Part shown: positions 46,049-54,511 of the stretch, piece after piece
Layout: each line of letters begins with the position of its first letter
How positions within the stretch are numbered: the first letter of the stretch is position 1
Source of the DNA: an uncultured delta proteobacterium
Lineage (GTDB): Bacteria > Desulfobacterota > Binatia > Bin18
Length of the DNA stretch: 64,000 nt
NCBI GenBank assembly: GCA_963733195.1
Contig: CAVTCR010000071.1
Location: forward strand, 111,642-175,641
Direction: 5' to 3'
The notes under the pieces: generated by a model
Database searches by the model: none
What the model was told of the DNA's origin: nothing
Seen by the model: the letters and a program-made list of their open reading frames with translations, nothing else
Made by a program: the position numbers and the translations under genes

Positions 46049-46357
46049 TTACTCGTCTTCTGGCATGCCCAGCATCTTCCGCGCATCTACACTCATCATG
46101 CTTGGCTCCCAGGGCGGCTCCCAGACGAGTTCAATCTTTGCCTCTTCTACGTTCGGTATTTCCATCAACTTTTGCTCTGCCTCTGCGGTAATATACTGCC
46201 CCATACCACATCCACGAGCAGTGAGTGTCATCTTAATGTCGATCTTCTGGTCCACAACCTGAACATCGTATACGAGCCCTAGATCAACGATGTTCACCGG
46301 GATCTCCGGGTCGTAGCAGGTGCGCAACACCTCGTAGACTTCTTCTTGCGTTGGCAT
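46049..46357 (-). CDS. DUF59 (SufT/PaaD/MIP18-like) Fe-S assembly protein
   Basis: YDPEIPVNIVDLGLVY, TLTARGC, WEPPW. Confidence 0.93.
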   Translation of the reverse strand: MPTQEEVYEVLRTCYDPEIPVNIVDLGLVYDVQVVDQKIDIKMTLTARGCGMGQYITAEAEQKLMEIPNVEEAKIELVWEPPWEPSMMSVDARKMLGMPEDE

Positions 46358-46381
46358 GCTTTTCCCCTTTTTCCTTTGGAG

Positions 46382-46921
46382 CTACAGTTGTGCCCCGCGA
46401 ACAATTTGTTTCTGCCCTTGGATTTTACGTTGGAGTGCCATTAGTGCATCAAGCACATTCTCTGGACGCGGTGGACATCCGGGCACATAGACATCAACTG
46501 GAATGATGCGATCAATACCAGCAACTGTAGTATAGTTATCGTAGAACCCACCAGTCGACGCACACGCACCAAAAGCCATTACCCATTTCGGTTCACTCAT
46601 TTGCTCGTAGACGCGTTTCAAGATCGGTGCTTGGCGACAGGTCACGGTACCAATCACCATCAAGAGGTCAGCTTGTCGAGGACTAAAGCGCGGTAGTAAT
46701 GCACCAAAGCGATCAATATCATACGGAGTTAGCGACAGGGCCATGAACTCCATTGCGCAACATGCGGTCGCAAACGGATACGGAAACAAGGAGTACTTTC
46801 GCGCCCAGCCGATCACTTTATCGAGCTGAGTCACGACAACCGTGTCCGCAATCAGTACTTCTTCGCCACCTTGGGTCCGCGTTACCGGAGTAGGGGTAAC
46901 TGTTCTCAGGCTTGCCATCAA
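46382..46921 (-). CDS. nuoB: NADH-quinone oxidoreductase subunit B homologue (stand-alone)
   Basis: TACCAME, SPRQADL, GACASTGG, DVYVPGCPPRPE: all four N2 ligands present. Confidence 0.93.
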   Translation of the reverse strand: MMASLRTVTPTPVTRTQGGEEVLIADTVVVTQLDKVIGWARKYSLFPYPFATACCAMEFMALSLTPYDIDRFGALLPRFSPRQADLLMVIGTVTCRQAPILKRVYEQMSEPKWVMAFGACASTGGFYDNYTTVAGIDRIIPVDVYVPGCPPRPENVLDALMALQRKIQGQKQIVRGAQL

Positions 46922-46956
46922 GCTTTCCTTTCTTTAGTCAGGAGAGAAACCACCGG

Positions 46957-47358
46957 TTACGCTGCTTGATTATCTTTCTTGGTTCGGCCTCGCCAATCTT
47001 CCACTGCTGCTTTAATCGCATCTTCTGCAAGTACCGAACAGTGGATCTTCACCGGCGGCAGTGACAACTCTTTGACAATCTCTGAGTTCTTAATTGAGTA
47101 GGCTTCTGCCACAGTTTTGCCCTTCACGAGTTCAGTCACATAACTCGAAGAGGCAATGGCAGACCCACAACCGAAAGTTTTGAAGCGTGCGTCTTCGATT
47201 ACTTCCGTTTCTGGATTAATCTTCAGTTGTAGTTTCATCACGTCCCCGCATTCCGGGGCACCAACCACACCAGTACCGACGTTCTCTTCCTCTTTCGTGA
47301 AGCTCCCCACGTTCTTGGGGCGTTCGTAGTGCTCAAGCACTTTGTCGGTATAGGCCAT
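46957..47358 (-). CDS. iscU: Fe-S cluster scaffold IscU
   Basis: APECGD, FGCGSAIAS, LPPVKIHCS. Confidence 0.97.
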   Translation of the reverse strand: MAYTDKVLEHYERPKNVGSFTKEEENVGTGVVGAPECGDVMKLQLKINPETEVIEDARFKTFGCGSAIASSSYVTELVKGKTVAEAYSIKNSEIVKELSLPPVKIHCSVLAEDAIKAAVEDWRGRTKKDNQAA

Positions 47359-47430
47359 AAGTTGCTCCTTTCAGCAATCGTGCAGTACCAATATCGATTA
47401 TAAAACAATGACGGATTTTGCCGTCAGCCT

Positions 47431-47461
47431 TAAAATAGACTTATAAAGTCTATTTTGTCAA
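47431..47461 (-). promoter_or_regulatory. Sigma70-type promoter with overlapping IscR type-1-like operator upstream of iscU
   Basis: Minus strand TTGACA followed by palindrome AAAATAGACT-N5-AGTCTATTTT. Confidence 0.75.
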
Positions 47462-47474
47462 TCACAGGGATGGC

Positions 47475-48206
47475 TCACCACTTCTCGTACAGAACCGCAC
47501 GCCGTTGGTATCCAGCTCCTCGTAGCAAATCCCGCAATTGCGTGACCTGTGTCCCAACGCCACAGATATAGAAATATCGACTCCGATCCTCATCTCGTTT
47601 CACGTAATGTTCTTCGACGTATTCGTGAAACGAGCCCTGGAGTCTACCCTCTCGTTCAGACGAATCAGACAGAATCGGATCAAAAACAAATCGAGCATGC
47701 TGACGCGCCCAAGTTTGTAGCTCGTCTCGATACAGCAAGTCACGTTCATGCTCCGCCCTGTACAGCAGTCGCACGGGAAACGTCCCGTTAGGAGCTAATA
47801 CCCGATGGATCATGGGGCGGATTGGGACGATACCCACATGTTCAGCCAGAAAGACACACTCTGCTGCGGGAGGCTGGTCAAGGACAAACGTTCCCCACGG
47901 TCCAGTAAAGTTTACCTTGTCGCCAACATCAAGAGAAAACAGATAGTGAGATCCCAGTCCACCGAGAACGAGATTCAAGCAGATTTCTAACGGCCCGTCG
48001 CCCTCAGGGTTCGACGCAATCGAGTATGGACGAGTGAGAATCTTGCCATCAACCGGCAGTTGCAATGACAAGAATTGTCCCGGAACAAAAGTGAGTCGGT
48101 AGTCGAGGCAAGGGCGAAGAAAAAAGGAGCGGGTGTCGGACGTATGTTCAACAATTCGCTCAATGATAGCTTCGGACGCTTTGCGTGAGTCCACACTCAT
48201 AAGCAC
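47475..48206 (-). CDS. FAD/NAD(P)-binding oxidoreductase, ferredoxin-NADP reductase family
   Basis: PGQF, RPYSIAS FAD motif, GPWGTF, YICG, C-terminal EKW. Confidence 0.88.
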   Translation of the reverse strand: MLMSVDSRKASEAIIERIVEHTSDTRSFFLRPCLDYRLTFVPGQFLSLQLPVDGKILTRPYSIASNPEGDGPLEICLNLVLGGLGSHYLFSLDVGDKVNFTGPWGTFVLDQPPAAECVFLAEHVGIVPIRPMIHRVLAPNGTFPVRLLYRAEHERDLLYRDELQTWARQHARFVFDPILSDSSEREGRLQGSFHEYVEEHYVKRDEDRSRYFYICGVGTQVTQLRDLLRGAGYQRRAVLYEKW

Positions 48207-48236
48207 TCACAGAGGTCCGGTAGACAAGACCTCTCA

Positions 48237-48596
48237 TCACCGAACTTGCTGATTAATCGTGTAACGCGGGACTACGATTACAACTTCGCCATCTTTCTCA
48301 AACACGGCCTGGCAACCAAGTCGCGAGGTCGGCGTCAATCCAGGAGCCCGATCTAACATATCGTCTTCGGCTTCTTCATTTTCGGAGAGATGCTCCATTC
48401 CACGTTTGACAATGACGTGACAAGTTGTGCAGGCGCAGTTGCCACCGCAGGCATGTTCAAGTGGTATATCGTGACCTAACATCACGTCGAGAATTGACCC
48501 AGGCTGACCATCATGTTGGAACGGGGCCTTATGAGAGTCGAATTCAATGATTTTTTCCGGGTCGCCGGTTTCGTAGAGAATGTGAAGTGTAGCCAT
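48237..48596 (-). CDS. fdx: ISC-type [2Fe-2S] ferredoxin
   Basis: HACGGNCACTTCHV...SRLGCQ. Confidence 0.93.
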   Translation of the reverse strand: MATLHILYETGDPEKIIEFDSHKAPFQHDGQPGSILDVMLGHDIPLEHACGGNCACTTCHVIVKRGMEHLSENEEAEDDMLDRAPGLTPTSRLGCQAVFEKDGEVVIVVPRYTINQQVR

Positions 48597-48680
48597 AGCT
48601 GCAAAAGTAGTCAGGAGAAAAAGAGCAGTGACTTTGGACTTTAGACACGGATCGTTGAACCTGGAGTTTGTACCCTACAA

Positions 48681-49739
48681 CTAGTGAATGACAAGTTGTC
48701 GTCGTGCCCGCTCTTCCAGTCGCTGTGTCACCTGATCAGCGATCTTGAGAAACGCTTGGCTTTGTGGGTGCTGTGGATTCGCAACAACGATTGGTACACC
48801 CTGATCACCATCGACGCGAATCTCACGTACTAGGGGAATCTCACCCAGGAGAGGCACCTTGAATTGCTCGGCCATTTTTGCTCCACCACCGTGGCTGAAG
48901 ATTTCAGCGCGGTGGCCGCAACGTCCGCAAATGTGGTAGCTCATATTCTCGATAACCCCGAGCACAGGAACATGAACATCCTCGAACATTTTTACTCCAC
49001 GTCGAACGTCAAGCAGCGCGACATCTTGCGGGGTCGTCACAATCACTCCGCCGGAAAGAGCAGTCTTCTGCACTAGCGTTAATTGTGCATCTCCAGTGCC
49101 AGGGGGAAGGTCAATCACCAACACATCCAGATCTCCCCAATCGACGTTGCGGACGAACTCGGTGAGCAATTTGTCGATCATCGGGCCGCGCCAGATAATG
49201 GCTTGACCGTCGGGAACTAGCATCCCAACCGATATCACTTTGAGATTATGCTTCGTCACCGGAATGAGGCGTTTTTCTTCCGTCGTGCCAGGCTTCTCGG
49301 TAATTCCTAACATCAGCGGAACGCTCGGCCCATATACATCCGCGTCCATCAATCCGACTCGTTGCCCATTCGCTGACAACGCAAGTGCAAGATTGACAGC
49401 AACCGTCGATTTCCCTACCCCACCTTTCCCACTCGCCACCGCAACAATATGGCGAATACCAGGAATCTCCGGTTTGGGTGCTGCGGGCATCTGTACTGGG
49501 GCAGGTTTCTCGAAAGCTACCTCAACCGGCACGCGAACGAGCGGAGAGAGCGTCGCAATCACACTTTGGCGAAGTTGCGCAAAGACCCCCTGATTGTCGG
49601 TCGAAGGCGCCAGGTGAACGGTCACACGAGCACCCCCAACTTCGACATCTTTCACGATGCCAAAGTCGACAATATTGCGGCTGAACCCGGGATACTTCAC
49701 CTGCTTCAAGGCTTCGAGCAGCTCCTGAGGTGTTGGCAT
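48681..49739 (-). CDS. apbC: Mrp/ApbC/NBP35 Fe-S carrier ATPase, copy 2
   Basis: N-terminal DUF59-like domain, GKGGVGKS, WRGP, DLPPGTGD, ENMS-x3-CGRC. Confidence 0.93.
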   Translation of the reverse strand: MPTPQELLEALKQVKYPGFSRNIVDFGIVKDVEVGGARVTVHLAPSTDNQGVFAQLRQSVIATLSPLVRVPVEVAFEKPAPVQMPAAPKPEIPGIRHIVAVASGKGGVGKSTVAVNLALALSANGQRVGLMDADVYGPSVPLMLGITEKPGTTEEKRLIPVTKHNLKVISVGMLVPDGQAIIWRGPMIDKLLTEFVRNVDWGDLDVLVIDLPPGTGDAQLTLVQKTALSGGVIVTTPQDVALLDVRRGVKMFEDVHVPVLGVIENMSYHICGRCGHRAEIFSHGGGAKMAEQFKVPLLGEIPLVREIRVDGDQGVPIVVANPQHPQSQAFLKIADQVTQRLEERARRQLVIH

Positions 49740-49749
49740 AACGGTAGCG

Positions 49750-50067
49750 TTATCCTTTCGCCTGTTCTTGACTGAAGGTGGCGTATTGCTCACTCAAAGT
49801 GCGTAAGTATTCAAACGTATAAATGCCGGTTTCATGACCATCGGCCCAGCGAGGGCTAATCGCATAGTTTCCCACTGCGCTGATACTTTCGAGTTGGGGA
49901 TTAGCGACAGGAATGAAATTCCGACTCCCACCGTGTCCCTGACACACAGCGCACGGGCACCAGCCTCGCAGATAGGTAAAGGAATACTCGCTAAGCAAAT
50001 CGTCATCCCACAGGATGCGTAACGACTTCTCTTCCATGATCGGAATGATCAATGCCGGATGCGGCAT
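49750..50067 (-). CDS. DUF971 (GBBH-like N-terminal) small protein
   Basis: YLRGWCPCAVC, VGNYAI, WADGHETGIYTFEYL. Confidence 0.9.
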   Translation of the reverse strand: MPHPALIIPIMEEKSLRILWDDDLLSEYSFTYLRGWCPCAVCQGHGGSRNFIPVANPQLESISAVGNYAISPRWADGHETGIYTFEYLRTLSEQYATFSQEQAKG

Positions 50068-50124
50068 ACGTAGCTCTCCATGTTATGACCTCGAGTTCGA
50101 CGCGGCAAAAGTGGCAGCGTCCGT

Positions 50125-51171
50125 TCAATGTAGGGTATTCGGGCTCGCTTGCATGACACGAGTGGCAATCGCGTGAAAGACGCGACTCACCGCATGATCA
50201 GGAGACTGGAGGACGATCGGCTTCCCTTCGTCACCACCAGTGCGAATCTCTTCTACAATGGGAATCTCGCCCAGAACTTCTAACCCAGTCTTCTTGACCC
50301 CACCATGCCCGAAGATTTCTTCTCGCTCCCCACAGTGCGGGCACAAATAATAGCTCATGTTCTCAACAACCCCGAAAAGGGGAACGTTCACTTGACGGAA
50401 CATGGCAATACCACGCTGAACGTCCAACAGCGCGACATCTTGGGGAGTGCTGACGATCACTCCACCGTTCAAGGGAATCTCTTGTGCGAGGGTTAATACT
50501 GCATCGCCTGTCCCTGGAGGCAGATCAACAATAAGATAATCGAGTTCACCCCACAGGACATCGCGCAGAAACTGGCGAATAATACCCATGACAATAGGAC
50601 CACGCCAAATCACCGGCGATTGATCGTCAAGAAAGAAACCCATCGAGATCAAACTGATGCCATACTTCTCAACTGGGTAGAGCTTCTTGTCCTCTCCTGC
50701 CCGAGGGGTCGCTTCACTTCCCATCATCAATGGGACACTCGGGCCATAGACATCAGCGTCGAGCAAACCAACGCGATTTCCCAACGCTTTCAGCGCTAGC
50801 GCGAGGTTCACCGACACCGTAGATTTCCCGACACCACCTTTGCCGCTCGCGACCGCAATAACTTTTCCTACACCTGGAAGTGGCGTTTTCGCCGGGGCCG
50901 CAACGGTTTTCTGTGGGCCGCCACCAACACGGCGGCGACCATCGTGGACGACAACTTGTCCCACTCCAGGTAAAGCCGACAACGCGGTAGAGATCTTCCC
51001 ACCCAGGTTTTGGAGCACCTGATCACTCGCACTTGATGGGCGGAAATGAACGACAACGTCATTTCCTTGTACGCCGACTTCGCTAACTAAACCTAATGTC
51101 ACAATATCGTGCCGAGATCCGGGATAGGCAATCTTTCCTAGGTGGGTGCGGACTTCTTGTTCGCTTGGCAT
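50125..51171 (-). CDS. apbC: Mrp/ApbC/NBP35 Fe-S carrier ATPase, copy 1
   Basis: N-terminal DUF59-like domain, GKGGVGKS, WRGP, DLPPGTGD, ENMS-x3-CPHC. Confidence 0.93.
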   Translation of the reverse strand: MPSEQEVRTHLGKIAYPGSRHDIVTLGLVSEVGVQGNDVVVHFRPSSASDQVLQNLGGKISTALSALPGVGQVVVHDGRRRVGGGPQKTVAAPAKTPLPGVGKVIAVASGKGGVGKSTVSVNLALALKALGNRVGLLDADVYGPSVPLMMGSEATPRAGEDKKLYPVEKYGISLISMGFFLDDQSPVIWRGPIVMGIIRQFLRDVLWGELDYLIVDLPPGTGDAVLTLAQEIPLNGGVIVSTPQDVALLDVQRGIAMFRQVNVPLFGVVENMSYYLCPHCGEREEIFGHGGVKKTGLEVLGEIPIVEEIRTGGDEGKPIVLQSPDHAVSRVFHAIATRVMQASPNTLH

Positions 51172-51284
51172 GAAGAACTCACGGCTGAAACGTTAACAGA
51201 TACAGAGCACGTTATTCCCGCACCACGAAACATGCGTACCCGCTACAGAATTCTTGTTGACGTGTTACGCGTTACGTTACATGT

Positions 51285-52508
51285 TCAAGCATGCTTCCAC
51301 TGCACCTGCTTGAGGTCGATTCCTTCTTTGGCCATTTCGTAGAGGGGGGACATCTCTCTGAGTCGCTGTACGACTTCAACAACTCGCTTCACAACGTAAT
51401 CGACGTCCTCTTCTGTGTTGAACCGCCCAAGGCCGAAACGGATAGAGGTGTGCGCAAGGTCATCACCCACCCCTAAAGCTTTCAGAACGTAGGAAGGTTC
51501 TAATGTGGCTGAGGTGCACGCCGAGCCAGACGACAAGGCAATGTCCTTGTTCACTCCCATCAGAAACGACTCGCCTTCGACATAGGAGAAACTCAGGTTG
51601 AGATTACCAGGAATCCGTTGGGTAGGATGTCCATTGAGAAAGACATCTTCGAGTTGGCTGGTGAGCCCGTCGGAGAGCTTCGTCCGTAAGGTCACGAGCT
51701 TGCCTGCCTCCGCTTCCAGCTCTTGCCCACATAGTTCACAGGCTTTGCCAAATCCGACAATGCCTGGAACATTAAGGGTGCCGGAACGCATACCGCGTTC
51801 GTGTCCACCCCCATCTATTTCTGGAGTCAACCGCACTCTGGGACCTTTGGATCGAACGTAAAGCGCGCCACACCCTTTTGGCCCGTACATCTTGTGAGCA
51901 GTCATGGAAAGCAGGTCAATACCGTCTTGGTCGACGTTCACTGGCACTTTGCCTACGCCTTGCGTCGCATCGCTGTGAAAGAGAATCCCCTTCTCTTTAG
52001 CAAGCTTACCGATCTCGCGAATCGGATGCAGCGTGCCAATTTCGTTGTTGGCGTACATAATCGAAATCAGAACGGTTTTATCGGTGATGGCATTCTTCAC
52101 CGCATCAACATCGACTTGCCCGTACTGATCGACAGGCAGGTACGTAACCGTTGCTTTGCCTGCACGCTCTAGGGCTTTGCAGGTATCGAGGATCGCTTTG
52201 TGTTCTGTCACGCAGGTGATGACGTGATTGCCTTTGTCTTTGTAAAACTCGACTACACCCTTAATCGCCAGGTTGTCAGACTCGGTCGCGCCACTGGTGA
52301 AGATGATCTCTTTGCCTTTGGCGCCAATTAACTTGCCGATCTGTTCGCGAGCCTGTTCGACAGCTTCTTCGGCGGTCCATCCATAGGGATGACTACGGCT
52401 TGCAGCGTTGCCAAATTGCTCGCGAAAATAGGGTAGCATCGCCGCCAACACCCGTTCATCCATCGGTGTCGTCGCCTGGTTGTCCATATAAATGACCCGT
52501 TGCGGCAT
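51285..52508 (-). CDS. iscS: Cysteine desulfurase IscS
   Basis: [18 protein letters not shown] (PLP lysine), [15 protein letters not shown]. Confidence 0.97.
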   Translation of the reverse strand: MPQRVIYMDNQATTPMDERVLAAMLPYFREQFGNAASRSHPYGWTAEEAVEQAREQIGKLIGAKGKEIIFTSGATESDNLAIKGVVEFYKDKGNHVITCVTEHKAILDTCKALERAGKATVTYLPVDQYGQVDVDAVKNAITDKTVLISIMYANNEIGTLHPIREIGKLAKEKGILFHSDATQGVGKVPVNVDQDGIDLLSMTAHKMYGPKGCGALYVRSKGPRVRLTPEIDGGGHERGMRSGTLNVPGIVGFGKACELCGQELEAEAGKLVTLRTKLSDGLTSQLEDVFLNGHPTQRIPGNLNLSFSYVEGESFLMGVNKDIALSSGSACTSATLEPSYVLKALGVGDDLAHTSIRFGLGRFNTEEDVDYVVKRVVEVVQRLREMSPLYEMAKEGIDLKQVQWKHA

Positions 52509-52539
52509 ATGTTTTCTCCTCAATTTCGCTTCTGCATGC

Positions 52540-52569
52540 AATGTAGACTCATAAAGTCTACTTTGTCAA
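52540..52569 (-). promoter_or_regulatory. Sigma70-type promoter with overlapping IscR type-1-like operator upstream of iscS
   Basis: Minus strand TTGACA-N18-TACATT with palindrome GTAGACT-N5-AGTCTAC in the spacer; near-copy of 47431-47461. Confidence 0.8.
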
Positions 52570-53402
52570 CGACGGTTCTTCTCAGTGCGTTGCAACCGAA
52601 GGCGATTCTCTTCGTCAAGTGGAAGGATATGCACTTTTCCGGTGATATCGTTGAGACCAATATACACTTCGGTGTCGTATACCGCCTTGATATTACTGTA
52701 GGTAAGCACCTGTTCCGGTCTGCCACAGGCAAACACTTTTCCTGCTTTCAACAGTGCCAGTCGATCACAATACAGCGCGGCCAAGTTCAGGTCATGAAGG
52801 ATGGCAACGACAGTCAGCCCATTCTGACGACTCAAGCGCTTGAGTAAGTCATACACCTCGACTTGATGCTTGATATCGAGAAACGCGGTTGGTTCATCAA
52901 GCAAGAGCAGTTGGGGCTCTTGCGCCAACGCCCGCGCGAGAATGACCCGTTGTCGCTCCCCTCCACTTAATTCGTGAATTTCACGATTCGCCAGCGCACT
53001 CACACCAGTGTATTCCATCGCCTGTTGGGCTATAGCGAGGTCATGCGCTTGCTCGAAGCCGAATCTCTTGAGGTAAGGCGAGCGGCCCATCAGCACAACC
53101 TCTAGAACAGAAAACGGTAGTTCCAGCCGTGGCTCCTGTGGTACCACTGCGATCTGTCGTGCTAACGCTTCGCGCTCGTATGTGGGCAATGCTCGTCTAG
53201 CGAGGAATATCTGACCGGTCAGTGGTCTGGCAACCCTGCTCATCAAACGCACGAGAGTCGATTTCCCTGATCCATTCGGTCCGAGTAAGCCAAACACTTC
53301 GCCAGTATTCACTTCTAGTGAAACGTCACTAAGGGCTTCTATTGCCTCGTAGGTGAAGCTGACGTTTTCACAGCACAGGATGGGGAGGGTCTCACTCTTC
53401 AC
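52566..53402 (-). CDS. Cobalamin/iron-chelate ABC transporter ATP-binding protein (BtuD-like)
   Basis: GPNGSGKS, LSGGERQR, LLLDEPT, LHDLNLA. Confidence 0.92.
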   Translation of the reverse strand: MKSETLPILCCENVSFTYEAIEALSDVSLEVNTGEVFGLLGPNGSGKSTLVRLMSRVARPLTGQIFLARRALPTYEREALARQIAVVPQEPRLELPFSVLEVVLMGRSPYLKRFGFEQAHDLAIAQQAMEYTGVSALANREIHELSGGERQRVILARALAQEPQLLLLDEPTAFLDIKHQVEVYDLLKRLSRQNGLTVVAILHDLNLAALYCDRLALLKAGKVFACGRPEQVLTYSNIKAVYDTEVYIGLNDITGKVHILPLDEENRLRLQRTEKNRR

Positions 53403-54430
53403 CGTGCAATCACCTTTCGTCCTTCTTTGCGAAGCAAGTACACAAAGAAAGGCCCTCCACACAGCGCAGTGACCACTCCAACCGGCAGTTCAATCGGGCT
53501 TGCCACGGTACGTGCTAGAGTATCAGCAATCACGAGGAACATTGCGCCACCACACAAGGAAGCGGGTAATAGCAATCGATGATCTGCACCAAACAAGAGG
53601 CGCAAGAGGTGAGGGACGATGAGGCCAACAAACCCGATCATTCCGCTGACAGCAACAATTGCCCCAACCAGTAAGGAAGACGTGAGAAAGATACCCCGGC
53701 GAAGCATCTCAACGTCGATCCCGAGTTGCAGGGCACTTTCTTCACCAAGGCTGAGGAGATTTAACCGTCGCCCCTGACTGACTAGCCACAAAACACCTAC
53801 ACCAACATACAGTGAGGTTATCCCGACCGTCGCATAGTCATGCGCAGCTAAACTGCCCATGAGCCAGAAGAGGATAGCGTGACTTTGGTAGAAATCTACC
53901 AGTGAGTTTATCAACATGATGATGGCACTACAGAAGGCGTTAAACACTACACCAGTAAGCAACAACGCGTACGGTTGTAACCGCCCATGCAGTAACGCCA
54001 GTCGGTAGATCAGCAGCGTAGTGCCAATCGCTCCGCCGAACGCTGCTGCTGACACCAGTGATATTTTGAGAAAACTCGGCGCATGCGCAGTAATCATACT
54101 GGTTCCCACCAACGCCAGGATGCCACACAACGATGCCCCACCTGACACTCCAAGAAGGTGCGGGCAGGCTAGGGGATTATGCAACAACGCTTGTAAAGCT
54201 GTGCCAGCAACCCCTAATGCCCCACCAACAATGGCAGCGAGCAATACTCGTGGAAGACGAATCCGAAAGAGGATAATGGCTTCGGGATTATCGAACGAGG
54301 AAGACTGCCAGAGCTGAGCAAAATGCACCCGCTCAGCTCCAATAGCAGCACAGATCAACATAGTAAGAAGTAGCGCAAGGAGGAGTGCGCCATTGACCAC
54401 GAACCACTTGCGCTTAGTGAGATACGACAT
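53399..54430 (-). CDS. FecCD/BtuC-family ABC permease
   Basis: RLPRVL, NPLA-x4-GVSGGA, GMIGFVGLIVPH, ELPVGVVTA. Confidence 0.93.
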   Translation of the reverse strand: MSYLTKRKWFVVNGALLLALLLTMLICAAIGAERVHFAQLWQSSSFDNPEAIILFRIRLPRVLLAAIVGGALGVAGTALQALLHNPLACPHLLGVSGGASLCGILALVGTSMITAHAPSFLKISLVSAAAFGGAIGTTLLIYRLALLHGRLQPYALLLTGVVFNAFCSAIIMLINSLVDFYQSHAILFWLMGSLAAHDYATVGITSLYVGVGVLWLVSQGRRLNLLSLGEESALQLGIDVEMLRRGIFLTSSLLVGAIVAVSGMIGFVGLIVPHLLRLLFGADHRLLLPASLCGGAMFLVIADTLARTVASPIELPVGVVTALCGGPFFVYLLRKEGRKVIAR

Positions 54431-54442
54431 GGGAGGCGAGTA

Positions 54443-54511
54443 GAACGTAAAACGCAAAAAATAACCACTCCACCTCCATCACGTTTTACGCATCACGCCT
54501 TGCGTTTTGCG
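54443..54511. repeat. Inverted pair of degenerate heptamer tandem repeats
   Basis: GAACGTAAAACGCAAAA faces TCACGTT-TTACGCA-TCACGCC-TTGCGTT-TTGCG. Confidence 0.6.
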
